Positions 38,611 through 51,467 of a DNA stretch of 64,000 bases are shown here, piece after piece (positions within the stretch are counted from its first letter, which is position 1; each line of letters starts with the position of its first letter). The notes beneath the pieces were generated by a model that saw only the letters and a list, made by a program, of their open reading frames with translations, ran no database searches and was not told the origin of the DNA. Source of the DNA: Vicugna vicugna (lineage: Eukaryota); the NCBI GenBank assembly GCA_013265495.1, contig MU061579.1, forward strand, positions 2,291,319 to 2,355,318, read 5' to 3'. Position numbers and translations under genes: made by a program.

Positions 38611-39836
38611 TTCACACCAAAAAAATTAATGTTTTTCATCAAACATTTTCCTTTTGGTACTACTTACCATTTTAAGTCTCGTAAAAGCTCCAGATAGTTT
38701 TTGTCTCACCCAAATACTCATAGCCAAAGGCCAGTACATGATGACATAGAAAAACTAAGTTGTTCATTGTCTGTAGGTGGGTCTAATTAGGGAGAACCCC
38801 TCAGCCTTTGGAGTCATTTGCTTCGCCCCTCAGGTAGAGCAATGACCGGCACCACAGCAGTATCAGAAGGGACTGTGAATTCCAGCGGTGAGCACATTTG
38901 TCAGCATGGATAGAAGGAGTAGAACTTTCATAAAAAAGAAAAGGCTTTGAAACAAAGCCAAATAAAGGAAAGAGGCAAAGTACTTCTCTGCCTCTCCAAG
39001 AGATTTTGTTAGTTTAGCACACCTGCTCAGACCTTTTGAGATTGTCTTGGGACACTTCTGAGATTGGAAAGTGGGTTCCCCAAGAACCGGTAGGAGCACA
39101 GCAGCAGTCTGTGACTTCTTTTCACCTTGTCAGATAAATGGAAAAACTCAGTCTTGTTTTTAAAGTGTAGTGGATTAGACACAGTTTCACCATGGCTTGT
39201 ATAATACTGGAGGCTAACAAAGCTTACTTGTAAGGTAATTGATGAGTGGTGCTTAGGGGTCAGAATTTGCCTGCTGCAGTTTTACACAAAATGATTCAAA
39301 GACTTTTCCAAAGGTTATAATCCATGGCCTTAAATGAAACCCATCTTTTAACATATTATACTCCCCATTGCAATATTTAAATTGCTTTCTTCTTTGCAGC
39401 AATGAAAATGGTTTGACTAGACTTAGAAAACTATTAATTTATCCTGTCTATTGGACAAAGCTAAATTGGCTACTAACTGCCACAGAGATGTAACAATAAA
39501 ATCAGTGAACTCTAAACATGATGATTTAAATACATGCTGCATATTTTTATGCAAGGGAAACAGCCTGAGCAAACGGAAGAGCGTGGTAGATGAACACTAT
39601 ATGGCAAAGCTGATTTTCTTGCTCTCTGGCTAGTGGCATACTATTGGAGAGATTCAAGAGATGTTAGTTAGTTGGATAATTTTATCGGACTTGTGTTTTT
39701 CACTTATTAAAATTGTACAGGAGAGTGGATGGGGATGGGAAAGGTGATGACTGATGTTTTCTGTAGTTGTCTGTCCAAGGCAGGAGGCAAGCATGATGCA
39801 ATAGCTATGGACCAGGAGTGAAAGGATGCGCTAGAC

Positions 39837-40155
39837 TAGTGCTTCTCAAAATGTGGTCCTCAGATCAGATGCATTGTCATCACTGGGCAACTTACTAAAA
39901 ATGCTGATTGTCCGGGGCTCCATCGCAGACTTATTGAATCAAAAACTCTAATGCGGGATCCAGCAACCTGTTTTTATTTTAGCTTAATTGAGGTGTTACT
40001 GACGTACAAAAAATTGCACATGTTCAACATGTTGTTAAGTTTGGACGTATACCATCACCACAACCAAGGCGGTAAACATGTTTATGACCTCCAGCTACTC
40101 ATGTTTTAACAAGTCTTCCAGGGAATCTGAGGCACATTAATATTTGAAGACAAAG
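39837..40155. mobile_element. MER5A hAT-Charlie MITE, split by an L1 insertion
   Basis: tagtgcttctcaaaatgtggtcc ... attgaatcaaaaactct ... [insert] ... ttttaacaagtcttccagggaatctgaggcac ... tttgaag. Confidence 0.8.
39976..40090 (-). mobile_element. Old L1 (L1MB-like) extreme 3' end inside MER5A
   Basis: gcttaattgaggtgttactgacgtacaaaaaattgcacatgtt ... accatcaccacaaccaagg; degenerate TSD ccagcaacctgttttt / ccagctactcatgtttt. Confidence 0.7.
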
Positions 40156-40529
40156 CCTTAAAGATGTATTTTCAGAGTTAAAATAGAATTAAACAATTAA
40201 TTAGACTTGGGGTAAACAGGATGGAGGAATCAGGAGTTGTTAAATTTATATTATAGGCAACTCAGTGGGGAGAGTGGTATTATTAAATGAGATAGGATAT
40301 ATGAGATGAGAGTTAGGTTAGTCCAAAAAGGATACTTTTGAAAATATTTAATTGTCAAAGAAGCTGTCATTACAAAAAAAATAATATATATATAGGTCTC
40401 TGGTCAAATGTTAGGCATTGGTCTTGGTTAGACCAATTTTGGTCTTCATTGAACTGGAGACTTATTAATTTGTAGTTTTCCTCTACAGAGAAGGAGCCTG
40501 GATAGATACTGGAACACCATTAGAACGTG

Positions 40530-40760
40530 TGGTATCGAGGAAAGAGCCTTGGACTTGGGGTCAGAGGACCTGAACTATGGCTATAACCTAGAACATCTGT
40601 AACACTGCCCAGCTATAAACACTAGTCCTATTACCTATGGAAAGTCACTTCTCAGAGTTCTATGTTTTTATTTGTGTTTCTTTTTTTTAATTTTTCCCCA
40701 CTAGGAAATATTGCCTATATTTCATAATTATTGTAAAAAAATAATGTGTGCAAAACATAA
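40530..40760 (+). mobile_element. MIR
   Basis: ggaaagagccttggacttggggtcagaggacctg ... ggaaagtcacttctc. Confidence 0.65.
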
Positions 40761-43700
40761 CACAGTATAAATGGTAAATTCTTTCTCCCTTCTCAGCTGT
40801 TTGCTAATTACACAGCATTTCCTTGGCAAAACCCAAAAATCTGACTGAGCATTAGTGAATTAGGGGGAATGAAGATGGAGGAGAGAGAAAAATATTTCTC
40901 AGGGTATCCTCAGCCATGCAGAAGAAATCAAGACCAAATAGTTACTTGGAAATTTATTTGAATAGTGCATTCCTAATATAGCCTCACAGAGTCAGTTTCC
41001 GAGAGAAAATGCTTGAGCAATATAACTGAAAATACTTACCAAGGCATGGCAGAAAAAGTGGCTAAGTTTCCTTTGGAGAGACTTGGGACCAAAAGATATA
41101 TTACATTTGAAATATAAAATGGCAATGCACTGTAATGTTTTGCTATCAGCTACACCAATTAATGCAGATGATGCTAATTAAAACCAAATTTAGAGAGTGA
41201 TTAGGTTCTTTCACCATTGTTAGGGAGAATTGATTCTTCTATAGATCTAATATGTTCAAGTAAGAAGTTAATGATATATTGATGTATTTTAAAGCACCTA
41301 ATTTAGATTATAATTCTGAGGAAAACATTTGTGTTAATACTGAATATTAAATGACAAACGTTTTCTCTTGGAAAAGAAATGGCACCATTTGTGTAACCCT
41401 AGAGCAAGGCACATGTTGATGTTTCAAATAAATTATTGTGTATGGCTGCATAATCTCAATTTTAGTCTTAGAAAACTTATAATACAAGCACTCTGTTGCA
41501 CATGTGCTCATTTATGTGGCAGTATACAGCTGTGTGTGGCATAATAACTTTATTGAACAAAATTATGTGCTGTAGAACTTGCTGCAAAAATTTCATGGTC
41601 CCATCTGGACTAGCTTTGCAATCGAGAAGGCTGAAGTGGGCAAAGATTTTTACAGAATTACAGAAAACAGCAGTAGCTGTCTGCTGTCAATTTTAACATT
41701 TAGAAAATAATGCCAGTAGGTGTTCAAACTAGTAGGGTGTCTTTTTCAGACCCAAAAGGGGTTTTCAATTTGGAGCAAAGGCACTCTCACTATATGAAAG
41801 CCCCTAAATAGAGACAGACATCTGGTTCGTATCTAAATGTATTGGACTTCATTTATAATGCTCCTAAAATCTTGTATCTTAAGCACAACAAACCAGTTGA
41901 TTCTTATATTTCACCAAGATAGGCAGTTAAAATAGCTATGATCCTGAAAAATTATTTTCTGAGGGCTTACCTTTGGCTAATGTGATAAACGATTTAGTGA
42001 TGCTATCTATTTTTTATGAGGAAAAGAGGAAAAGTTTAAAGGATGAGGTAGAGTAAATGGCAGGACACAGCATTCATTGCTCTTACGAGTATCTTCCATC
42101 TTTCTTTCCTTCTCATTCTCCTTGCCTCCCTCCCTTCCTTTCTCCCAAACAAAATATGACACAAGGAAAAAAGAAAGAAAGAAAAGAAAAAGAAACAGCA
42201 CAAGGTCCATCTATTTAAAATCTAGTGAAAGTGAGTTTAGAATGAGAAAATAGTGTATTCCTAGAAGGTAGTTCTTATGTCTAGCACAGTGGTAACAACC
42301 ATTATAATTGCCTTCAGTGTTGACTAATCTTTATACTGTGATGGTGTATTTTATGTATTTTGAGGTCTACATATGTACTATATATACACTTTTATAAAGA
42401 TGGGGAAACTTCAGGAAATACATTAATTACATGGTGAAACTAGGGTTGTGAGCAGTAGTAGTGTGGACAAAAGTAAGTTGATGGTAAAAATCTGTCTTGA
42501 ATAATTACTTAAAATGAATAGAAGCTATTTTCAAAGATTATAGTAAGGGCAAGTTGGCTAGATATTAAACCACTTGTAACAAAAGCCTGTGGGTTAAAAA
42601 AAAAAATTCCATGAAATGTTCCACAGCCTGACTCCTATGTTCTCATTAAAAAATATTAAATTAAGCAAAACCAGGTAATATATTTTGATTCAAAAAACAA
42701 AATAAAAAGACAAATATTGTGTATTTGTACATATGCTTTTGAAATTTTCTTTAGAATATATTTTAAAATAGTTTAAATTTTAGTTTGTTTCATAAAACAT
42801 TACACATATGCTTATCCATGCATAATGAATAAGTGTAACAGAGCATGTTTTATGTATATGTGTATATATATATTTATTTATAATCAATGTACAAATACAC
42901 TCACATATATGAGGAGCGCTTTTACTGAATCAGACCTCAAATCTTGTTAACCATGTGATGGTTTTTATGTGTATAGTTACCTGCCTGATGCGTTTGATGA
43001 TCATCATATATTTTTTTTCTCAAATCTGTAGGGACCCACAAACTCTTAGTCTATTCACGGTTCACACACACATTTACCAGCATGGATTTACATTTTAAAA
43101 GGAAGTTAAAAAGCACACCTACTAACACAGCCATTAAATCATGAGGTGAGGAGTGAGTGAGCCAAAATCTGATTATAGAGAAGCTATTTGGAACAGTACC
43201 TTTTGTTGCTATTTTTATGGTTGAGAATAGTTGCCTAAATGAAGGGGAAAGTCCAATAGCGTGTTTATATTTGAAGTTGGAAACAGAAATATTTACCCCT
43301 ACTTCTATGATTAATGTAAACATTGTTTTCTTAACAAGTATTATATTGAAGTCCAATTAACCAATTGTACACAACGTAACAACAAAAGCATCACTTGGAC
43401 TGTACTTCTTAAACTAATTATAAATTCCTGGGGAAAAGAAAAAGTGTGCTAAGCCAATATGATAGAACACAGCTTCTTCCACTATGCAGAGCACGCTGCT
43501 TTGCTTTTATAAACAACCATAGCAAACAGCCCTTCCTGCAACCCACAAATTCTGTACATCTAGCTGTTCTCACCTAATTGAGAGCCACCAACATAATTAC
43601 AAATGCACATACCTGAAAAATACTAACTGAAAAATAGAGAATCTTTATTTGACCTCTAGAGACAAGGAAAACAGGCATGATTCCAGTCAAAATTTAACTC

Positions 43701-45469
43701 TAGGGGTATAGTAGCCTCTCAAGGGGATAAAATGATAAGCATTCAGGTGCCATGTGCCTTTCACCCCGGTTCACACAGTTCCAAATCAGACGATTCCTCT
43801 TTGAAGCAATGTGCACGGTTTCACTGCTGAAAACCACTGAAAATATTCCTATATTTCATGTAGACTGTTTTTTTTTTTTAAAGTAAATTGACCTAAGTAA
43901 GTTTGCTAGAATTATAGGCTCTACTTAGGTCGTAGGAACAGAGGCCAGGATTTGTGCAAGGATGCTAACAAAACTAGCTTCTGGTCCATGATTTGAATAG
44001 GCATAGAGATATAACCCAAGAAAACTGGAAGAATACACTAAAAACCAGTAACAAAACTTCACCAAAGTAGCAGGTTTCTTTAAATAAACCTATGCTTTAC
44101 TGATTAATGCAAATTTTACTGCAACTGTGGCATGAAATAATTATTCTTTGAGATATTCTCAGCTCAACTTAATAGATAAATCAAGGGGGAGAATGACACT
44201 TGTGTCTGTTATATTGATTCTGTCTATAGTTATAGCCCCAAATATTTTGACATGTGCATTCCTGTAATATCTGAAGTTCCGCTCCATTTATAATCATAAT
44301 TCTCCTGCTGAGAGCACGGCTTGTGCCGATTCCAGCCTGCGCCTCTCTCCCTGAGGTCAGCAGAAAAGTAATTTATATATTTTAATTAGTCTCAACTTTA
44401 GCTCTGAGTGGATGGCTTTCTCTTAAATCATAACACTTCCATAGTTAAATGCATCCCTTTAAGAGTAATAGCTGTTTTCACATTATTCATTCACGTACAG
44501 CTTTTTGAAAAGGCACAGTTGGTTTGGAAAAATAAAATAAATCATGCTTGTTGAAAATTTCTTTTAAAATCCTCACCAAGTGTTTGTGTGTTTTAAGCTT
44601 CTTGATCACCCCCCAGCCTCCCAGCCAGAAGCATACTTTCATTTAAATGTGTTTATTTTAGATTCTTTCTTCATTGCAGAATTTCCAACTGAAAGATTTT
44701 ACATAAAGGACAATGAACAGGTCCAAAGCAAATCTTAACCCGTAGTAGTAGTAGTTTTAGTTTATTCACCAAGAAGTTTTTCTGTAAGAAGTTTCCACAC
44801 AGTAAACATTTCACCACCAAAAAAAGTGCTAAAATTTTTTTTTTTTCTTTAGAAATTGCAACACTCCTTTCTTGGCTCTAAGCTTCATTTTTTTTCATTG
44901 CTCACGAAATATATTAAACCAGTTTCTTCACTTCAAGTGACATTAAATGAAATAGATTTTCTTTCCTTTTGTACAGATCCAGCACTAGCCTATTGGGTTA
45001 TGTAAGCAAAACAAAGCCATTTTCCTCAAACTCATTTGGATCCCAGAGGGTGGATACAAATCCTGCTAAGGTTTTGAATGAGAAAAGCTTCTTTTTTGGC
45101 CTTAGAGATTTACTTCATAGCTATTGGGACCACATTTCCCATGGTCCTCTAGTGGCTAGGGAAAATCTTTCCCATTTATAAGAAACTGACATATATTAAA
45201 CATTGGGGAGACACATTTAATTTCATTCCATACGTATGGTAAGTATAGTCTATGTGCTGCATTATACTAAGTTTGTAGGAGAGGGCGGGGAAAGAGAGAG
45301 AGAAAAATAAATATGGGACAGAGACTTGGCCTTAAAAAAATTACGGGAAGAAGCCATGCATGCAGATGATAACTAATTCCCAGTGCAGGACAGAGTATCC
45401 TTTATCACTAGACTTTGAAGTAGAGGCAATACTAAAACAAGGAGTGAGACTGATTAGTAAGAATAATAA

Positions 45470-45690
45470 AAGCAATAACAACGTCTAATACATATTGAAC
45501 ATTGACTATATACTAAGCACTGTTGGGTGTACTTTCTATTAACTCAGTATTTTCAGCAGTCTTAAATCAGAACTATTTTATTCCCATTTTAAAGATGAGA
45601 AATCAGTTTAGAGTGATTAATATGCTAAGATCTTGCAGTTCCCTGGCTGAAACAACACTGAAAACCAGGTAGTCTAGCTTGAGGGCACAT
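45470..45690 (-). mobile_element. MIR
   Basis: tattgaacattgactatatactaagcactg ... attcccattttaaagatgagaaa ... aaaccaggtagtct. Confidence 0.7.
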
Positions 45691-46532
45691 GGGATGGCCT
45701 GAGGCCCTAAGGAGGGGTCAAAGTGAAACATAAAAAAGCAAAACAGAACGAAAATCCCCCAAATCTTCACTGACAACTTCACCGTGTGAAATCGTATCTC
45801 TGTGACAATGCAGCAAGTCAAATTTCTGAGTTTTATTTCTCCTTTTGAATGTGAAGAATTATTTGGCCTGCAGCTTGCAGGGTTTCTTGAATTTCAGATG
45901 GTTTATCTTGTAAAAGAACTTGGTAAAATTGCTCCGCAGATGTCAGTTTTTTTTTTTATCTGTTATTGAAGTTTCCTTTTCCTTTTTTTCTTTTTCCAAG
46001 AGGAACTAAGTGCTGCTTCAACTGCTTCTAAAGGGAAGTTTGTGGGAAGCTGGGAGTATTTATCGGCTCTGAGTCTCACCCCAGTCACAGGGCTTGACAC
46101 TGAAAGTGATGCAGAGAGAAGGAAAGGCACCTGAGTGCAGGTGTCCCAGGCAAAGCCACCTTTGCCCGGGAGAGATAGCTGTCTGCCCCCGTGAGGAAGC
46201 GTCCATCTCTGTTGTTACAACCGGCCTTTCTTCACAACAGGATCAGCTTTGAAAGGGAAAAACCAAGTTCACAACAGGTTACATATGTGAAAAAACTTAA
46301 AGTAGGCAAGCAGTGATTTCCAAGACTTTCTCCCTAGTAACATACTGTTAGGTTATCAGCATAGCATGGTTTCAAAGATTTAAGATTTTTGTCACTGTGT
46401 TTGGTTAACATTATTTCATTGAAAAATCAAATGGAGGACTCTAACCATTTTACAGTAGAAGCAGAAACAGGCCCAATGTATATGTTTTTATAAAATAAAA
46501 TGTGGTGAATATATAGCTGTATATAGCAGTTT

Positions 46533-46680
46533 AGCTGCCCCGCCCAGCATGGTAACCATTACACCTGTACAGCTACTATTTTTAAATTAATTAAAATAAA
46601 AATTTAGATCCTCGTCACAATAGCCATGATTTTCCAGCATGCTTTACTACTGCAGAAAGTTCTGTCGATGGTGCTGATAC
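46533..46680. mobile_element. MER3-like hAT fragment
   Basis: aattaattaaaataaaaatttagatcctc ... actgcagaaagttctgtcgatggtgctg. Confidence 0.55.
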
Positions 46681-46689
46681 AGAGTTGTG

Positions 46690-46915
46690 GTTTACAGGTC
46701 AAGCTGGACTCTAACTTCCTGCGTTTCAGTCCAGCTTCGTTTTCTAGCAGTGTGACCTTGGTCAAGTTCATCTACAGTATCATTCTTCACATGCAAAGTG
46801 GGGATGTTAATAATACCTATCTCATTTAGTTGTTATGAGAACTACATGAGGTAATATATGGAAAATACTTGGTATCTGGCGCAAAGGGCTTCTTAAATGC
46901 TGGCTGTTATTATTA
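46690..46915 (+). mobile_element. MIR
   Basis: ctagcagtgtgaccttggtcaagtt ... gcaaagtggggatgttaataatacctatctcat ... gttgttatgaga ... aaatgctggctgttattatta. Confidence 0.8.
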
Positions 46916-47049
46916 GGGACTAGCCATATTTTTCCAAGTCATTAAATTAAATGTAATTAATTGTTTAGAAAAGGATCCATTACACATCCCAAGATTAAAA
47001 TCATTATGCTAATAGACACCTGTGAAGTTTAAAAGTAACACATTTCACT

Positions 47050-47520
47050 TCCATTTATTCATATATCGGCTCACTTTCAAAAAGGATTTGAGGCTATTAA
47101 CAAAAATTTTTAAAGGACAGACACAACAGAACTAAAAATGATTAACCTAATTTTAAAAAAACAAAAACAAAAACCAATGAGGAAGATGGGGATTTATAGA
47201 AGACCAGGCTTAACGGAAGCTATTGCAATTGAACAGCAGACATTAGCTGAGGCTCCCTGTAGCTATGGCCAAAGGGAGACGTGTAATTTAGGCACAATCT
47301 TAGTTTAAATTTTTTAAAAATTCAGATTGCATCCAAATAGATGTCAGAAAAGTTTCAGAGTTGCACCCATGTACAACGTGAACCTTAACTCACTTTTCTG
47401 AAGTAACAGAACCTTATAGAACTGGTGGGAAATGTCCTATTACACATAGCTATTTTAATAGCCTACTATTGTTTGTAGATTAAAAAAAAAGCAGATATAA
47501 TCAATAGGCCCTACTAATCA
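47050..47520. mobile_element. Possible ancient LINE relic (L4/RTE-X-like)
   Basis: atttattcat ... tttcaaaaaggatttgaggct motif recalled from L4-type termini; a similar motif lies at ~8765-8820; assignment uncertain. Confidence 0.3.
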
Positions 47521-47571
47521 CCTAGGGGAAAGCTAAGAAAATGTGAAACACCAGCTTAGAGGTGGGGTACT

Positions 47572-47810
47572 GATGTAACAGCGGTTTAGCACTGAAGGTA
47601 GAGTCTGACTGTGTGGACTGAATCTCTCTCCTACATTATGAGCTGAATGATTTGGAAAACTCCCTAATCCCTCTGTGTCTCAATTTCCCATCTGTAAGAT
47701 GGAGATAACAATTGGAACACTCTCACAGGCTTTTGTGGAGGATGAAACAGCAGACTGCCTGACGCTTAGTGCATAGACAATACAAGCAGTATTTAGTGTT
47801 CGTCAGTAGC
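47572..47810 (+). mobile_element. MIR
   Basis: gcggtttagcact ... ccctctgtgtctcaatttcccatctgtaagatggagataacaat ... ttgtggaggatgaaa. Confidence 0.78.
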
Positions 47811-49928
47811 AGAGAATGGCTGCCTGTGATTTTGGAGAATTCTCCTAACTCTTCTCATTCTTCATTTTCCTCCTGAAAATCTGGTGTAGAAGAAGGCTTT
47901 TGTCCATTGTCTGTATTGCAGAGATTATCACAGTAGAAAATAATAATTTAAAAATCTTAGTATAAAAGTAAGAACTTAAGAAATTTAGTTTTAATTTTCT
48001 ATTTTTCCTAAAAGTGCTTTTCAGTATTTGTGTGTTTTGATGCAGTTGGTAAAGGGTGTAGTTTTATGTGCTTTTTGCTCTTGTTATTGTTTTCCTTTTT
48101 TAAAAAATATTTGGACACTCTGGGAATAATTGTCTAAAGAGTTCTTCAACTTTAGAGGGAAAAAAGAGCAATATATGCTAATGGAAATTACTTAGAGAAA
48201 CCTGAGTAAATCTAGTAATTGCATGCCATCTGTGGTAAGGAAATTAAATAGTGCACTTAACGTGATTCAATAATTAAATATGTATTTATTAAATCATTTG
48301 TAATAGCTTTTGTATGTGACCTCAGGTCTCAAAGGCAACCACATAGTGATTACCCTTGAAGCTTCACTGAAAAGTGAATTACAGAATCAGCTTTCTTTTC
48401 TTTTACTGCCTGAACATGCTGTACCTGGAAACCTCATTATAAAAGTAACTTTCCTGTTACTCACAACTTTTGTGCACAACTTAATCACTGCAGTAGGACA
48501 TGGGGTGAGAGTTGCAAAGGGTGGGGGTGAATGTCATGAAAAGTTGACAATAAACAGAAACAGAAAATTACCTGTGGGAGATGGCAGATGATCAGAGATA
48601 CTGAGACAGAAGGCAGACACTCTGCACGGCAGCTGGAGAGGAGAAAAGGTACATTAGTCAAATGAATTATGAGAAAAAAAAAAAGAAATCAAATTCCAGA
48701 GAAATGCTAAGAGTGTCTTCCTTTTATTCGTTTTATTCAGATTTTGAGATACATTCTTTAGCTGCCCTCTCCTTTTTTGTGAGTATGTTACTTAGGGAAA
48801 AATATTTGAATTTTGGCTTTTGAGGAAGAGAATAGAATTCAAGTGACTAACTTAGGAAATGTTTCATAAAACAGGCTGAGTTTAAGTTGGTGAACTTGAG
48901 TGATTTACTTAAAAATCACATTCTCACAGATCGTGTCCAAGTGTTTGTTTTATAAATCCATGAATTAACACTCAGGATGTGCATTCTTACTTCTAAACTA
49001 GATTTCCTGGGCAATCTGGTGAAAATAAATACTACAAAAATTTTAAATGGATGTTAGTGTTTCTTTCTCTTCCTGACTTTCGCTTGTTAATTTACAGGGT
49101 TTCCTTTTAAGGAATAACAGCTGTAAAATAGCCTTTGAAATTCCAGTTTAACCTCTTTGTCCTATTTCCTGAAACCAAATGGACGTTTTGTTATTGTAAC
49201 TCCTACACCCAGAGATTGCCATTCTGTTTTGTCCATCCTTCTTTTCATTTTCCACAGCTCAGTAAAGTTCATATTAAGGGAAATCCTTTCAAAAAGTCAT
49301 TTTAAGGAAAAAGTTTCCCTTGAGCTAATATAGTTCTTATTTCTTCTATTTTCAACCTCAGCTCCACTGTATTCTCAAATTTGCAGAGTTATGTAATTTT
49401 AGATAAGTCCCTCGCCCGTTACCTACGGTGGCCACGCTTTACATTCCATCAAATAATACACCAAATCCTTCTGCACCTATGAGAGTTCAGTCTAGATGCT
49501 TTAATAATCAAAATACAGAGATCATTTGGAAAATAAGTGACATATGAATGAGAGACATTGAAAGGAATCCAATTTTCTATACCATGTGTTATAACTAAAT
49601 ATGTAATTGAATTGTGTAATGAAAATAGAAAATAATATTAACACTGAAATATTTTCTGTCTAACATCTTGTAGCTTTAAAATGGCAGATTAGCTCTACTC
49701 AAGTAGTCGATTGCCAAACGTATCGCTGTAGCAGGATAACATTTTTTTTAGGTCGTTTGTTCCACCTGCTTCCATGTTTTGGCATAGGAAAACCTCACTC
49801 CAATTAGTGGAAATAGCGAAGCAGCTGTTTGCGATGTCAGTAGAGAAATATTGTTATTTTCGTTGAAAGCAACTAAACTGATTAATATGAAAATTGAAGG
49901 TACACACAGACACATTGTATATATTTTT

Positions 49929-50329
49929 TCTCTTTATAATACATGTTTTAACGGAAGTATAGTCAGTTTACAATGCTGTGTCAATTTCTGGTGTACAGCA
50001 CAATACTTCAGTCATATAGGAATGTACATATATTCATTTTCATATTCTTTTTAACCATAAGTTACTATAAGATAGTGAATATAGTTCCCTATGCTATACA
50101 ATATAAACTTCTTGTTTATCTATTTTATATATAGTAGTTAGAATCTGCAAATCTCGAACTCCCAATTTATCCCTTCCACCCCCTTCCCCGCTGGTGACTG
50201 TAAATTTGTTTTCTATGTCTGTGAGTCTTTCTGTTTTGTAAGTAAGTTTGTTTGGCTTTTTTTTTTTTAAGATTCCACATGTAAGTGCTATCATATGGTA
50301 TTTTTCTTTCTCTTTCTGGCTTACTTCAT
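49929..50329 (-). mobile_element. 5'-truncated LINE-1 (young) with TSD
   Basis: gaagtatagtcagtttacaatgctgtgtcaatttctggtgtacagc ... ttctggcttacttca; ORF 50094-50357 contains the L1 ORF2 tail EVSQKEKEKYHMIALTCGI; TSD TATATATTTTT at 49918-49928 and 50330-50340. Confidence 0.93.
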
Positions 50330-51314
50330 TATATATTTTTGTTAATATAATACACAATTTCTACACAGGACCTGCCGGAAGTTACAACAGAAACCACTAA
50401 CAATGTGGTTAAAAAGTTCTGGCAACTTCTAATAGAGCAAAATTTAAATCACTAAATTAGATATATTTTGAGAATTAAAGATTTGTCATTAATTAATTGT
50501 ATTGTTATCAGGAACTATTTTCCTATGTCAACACCATCTCTATCCCCAGTCTACACAGCAATTATGTATTGGGATATTTTCAAAAAAATAATTTTGGACC
50601 AATTTTCTTACTAACTAGCCATAAAGATTTTCTTTATGCTGAAACAAACCCCATATTTGCTTTTTGCTGAAGTATATTGCTGCAGATGATAAAGACAGAA
50701 CTGAAAACTTTGATATTCATTGACTGCTGAGGTAAAGATGAATTTTTTTGTAAAACTCCAGAAAGCAATACTTAGGAGGTCAAATTTTTTTTTTTATTGA
50801 CATAGGACTAAAGGTGAATGTTTGGGGGAGTTTGGATAAAACTAGTTTTGCCACATTTGAATTAAATGCTGGAGAGGAGGGGAAAATGTGTTCCCTGCTG
50901 GACCATAAGACTCCAACAGTTTCTTTTGCCTGCAAAATTAAAAAATGTCTTGTGGTATAAACCTCAAACTCAGAATAGTGTCCTCCTTATGGTATTGAGA
51001 AAAATGCAGTCAGAGCAAAAGCAATCCACATTCACATTTATAAAGCTGAGAGCATTTTGAAATTCATGCCTGGATGAGCATCATATAAGCATTTTTCTGG
51101 CTTCTCAAACCGACCTTTCTACTGCGGGACTCTTTTAAAGAGTTAGAAACAAGGGAAATCACAGATTTAAATATTAGGAACATATTTGTGCAAATCCTCT
51201 TTTGTGGGGACCTAATGGAGTTTTTAATCTGCTTGTTTTGCGCTTTTTGTAATTCTTTACGTTTTACTTTTTTATTTTTTTAAGTTAAAATAGGCAATTT
51301 AAAGCAACATTTTA

Positions 51315-51467
51315 GGGAGGACGGTATAGCTCAGTGGTAGCATGCATGCTTAGGATACACAAGGTCCTGGATTCAATCCCCAGTACCTCCATTAAAAATA
51401 AATAAATAAACCTAATGACCCCTCAAAACTGAGCTATTTCAATAAACAAATAAGTAAAACATTTTAA
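51315..51467 (+). mobile_element. tRNA-derived SINE, camelid Vic-1 type
   Basis: A box TAGCTCAGTGG 51327-51337; B-box variant GATTCAATCCC 51370-51380; aataaataaataaacctaat tail; TSD aaagcaacatttta (51301-51314) / aaagaaacatttta (51468-51481) after a TT/AAAG site. Confidence 0.9.

Larger units (their letters stand above)
39740..40330 (-). mobile_element. L2 relic (host of nested MER5A and L1)
   Basis: L2-like purine-rich sequence on both sides of MER5A (ggatggaggaatcagga ... ggcaactcagtggggagagtggtattattaaatgagatagg). Confidence 0.45.

Noticed and set aside
38242..38629. K/E/R-rich and F/L/S-rich ORFs of 122-126 aa (also those at 21215-21469)
   Set aside because: Translations of TTTC microsatellites
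51315..51390. tRNA gene
   Set aside because: Mutated B box, SINE tail and TSD show a retroposed SINE
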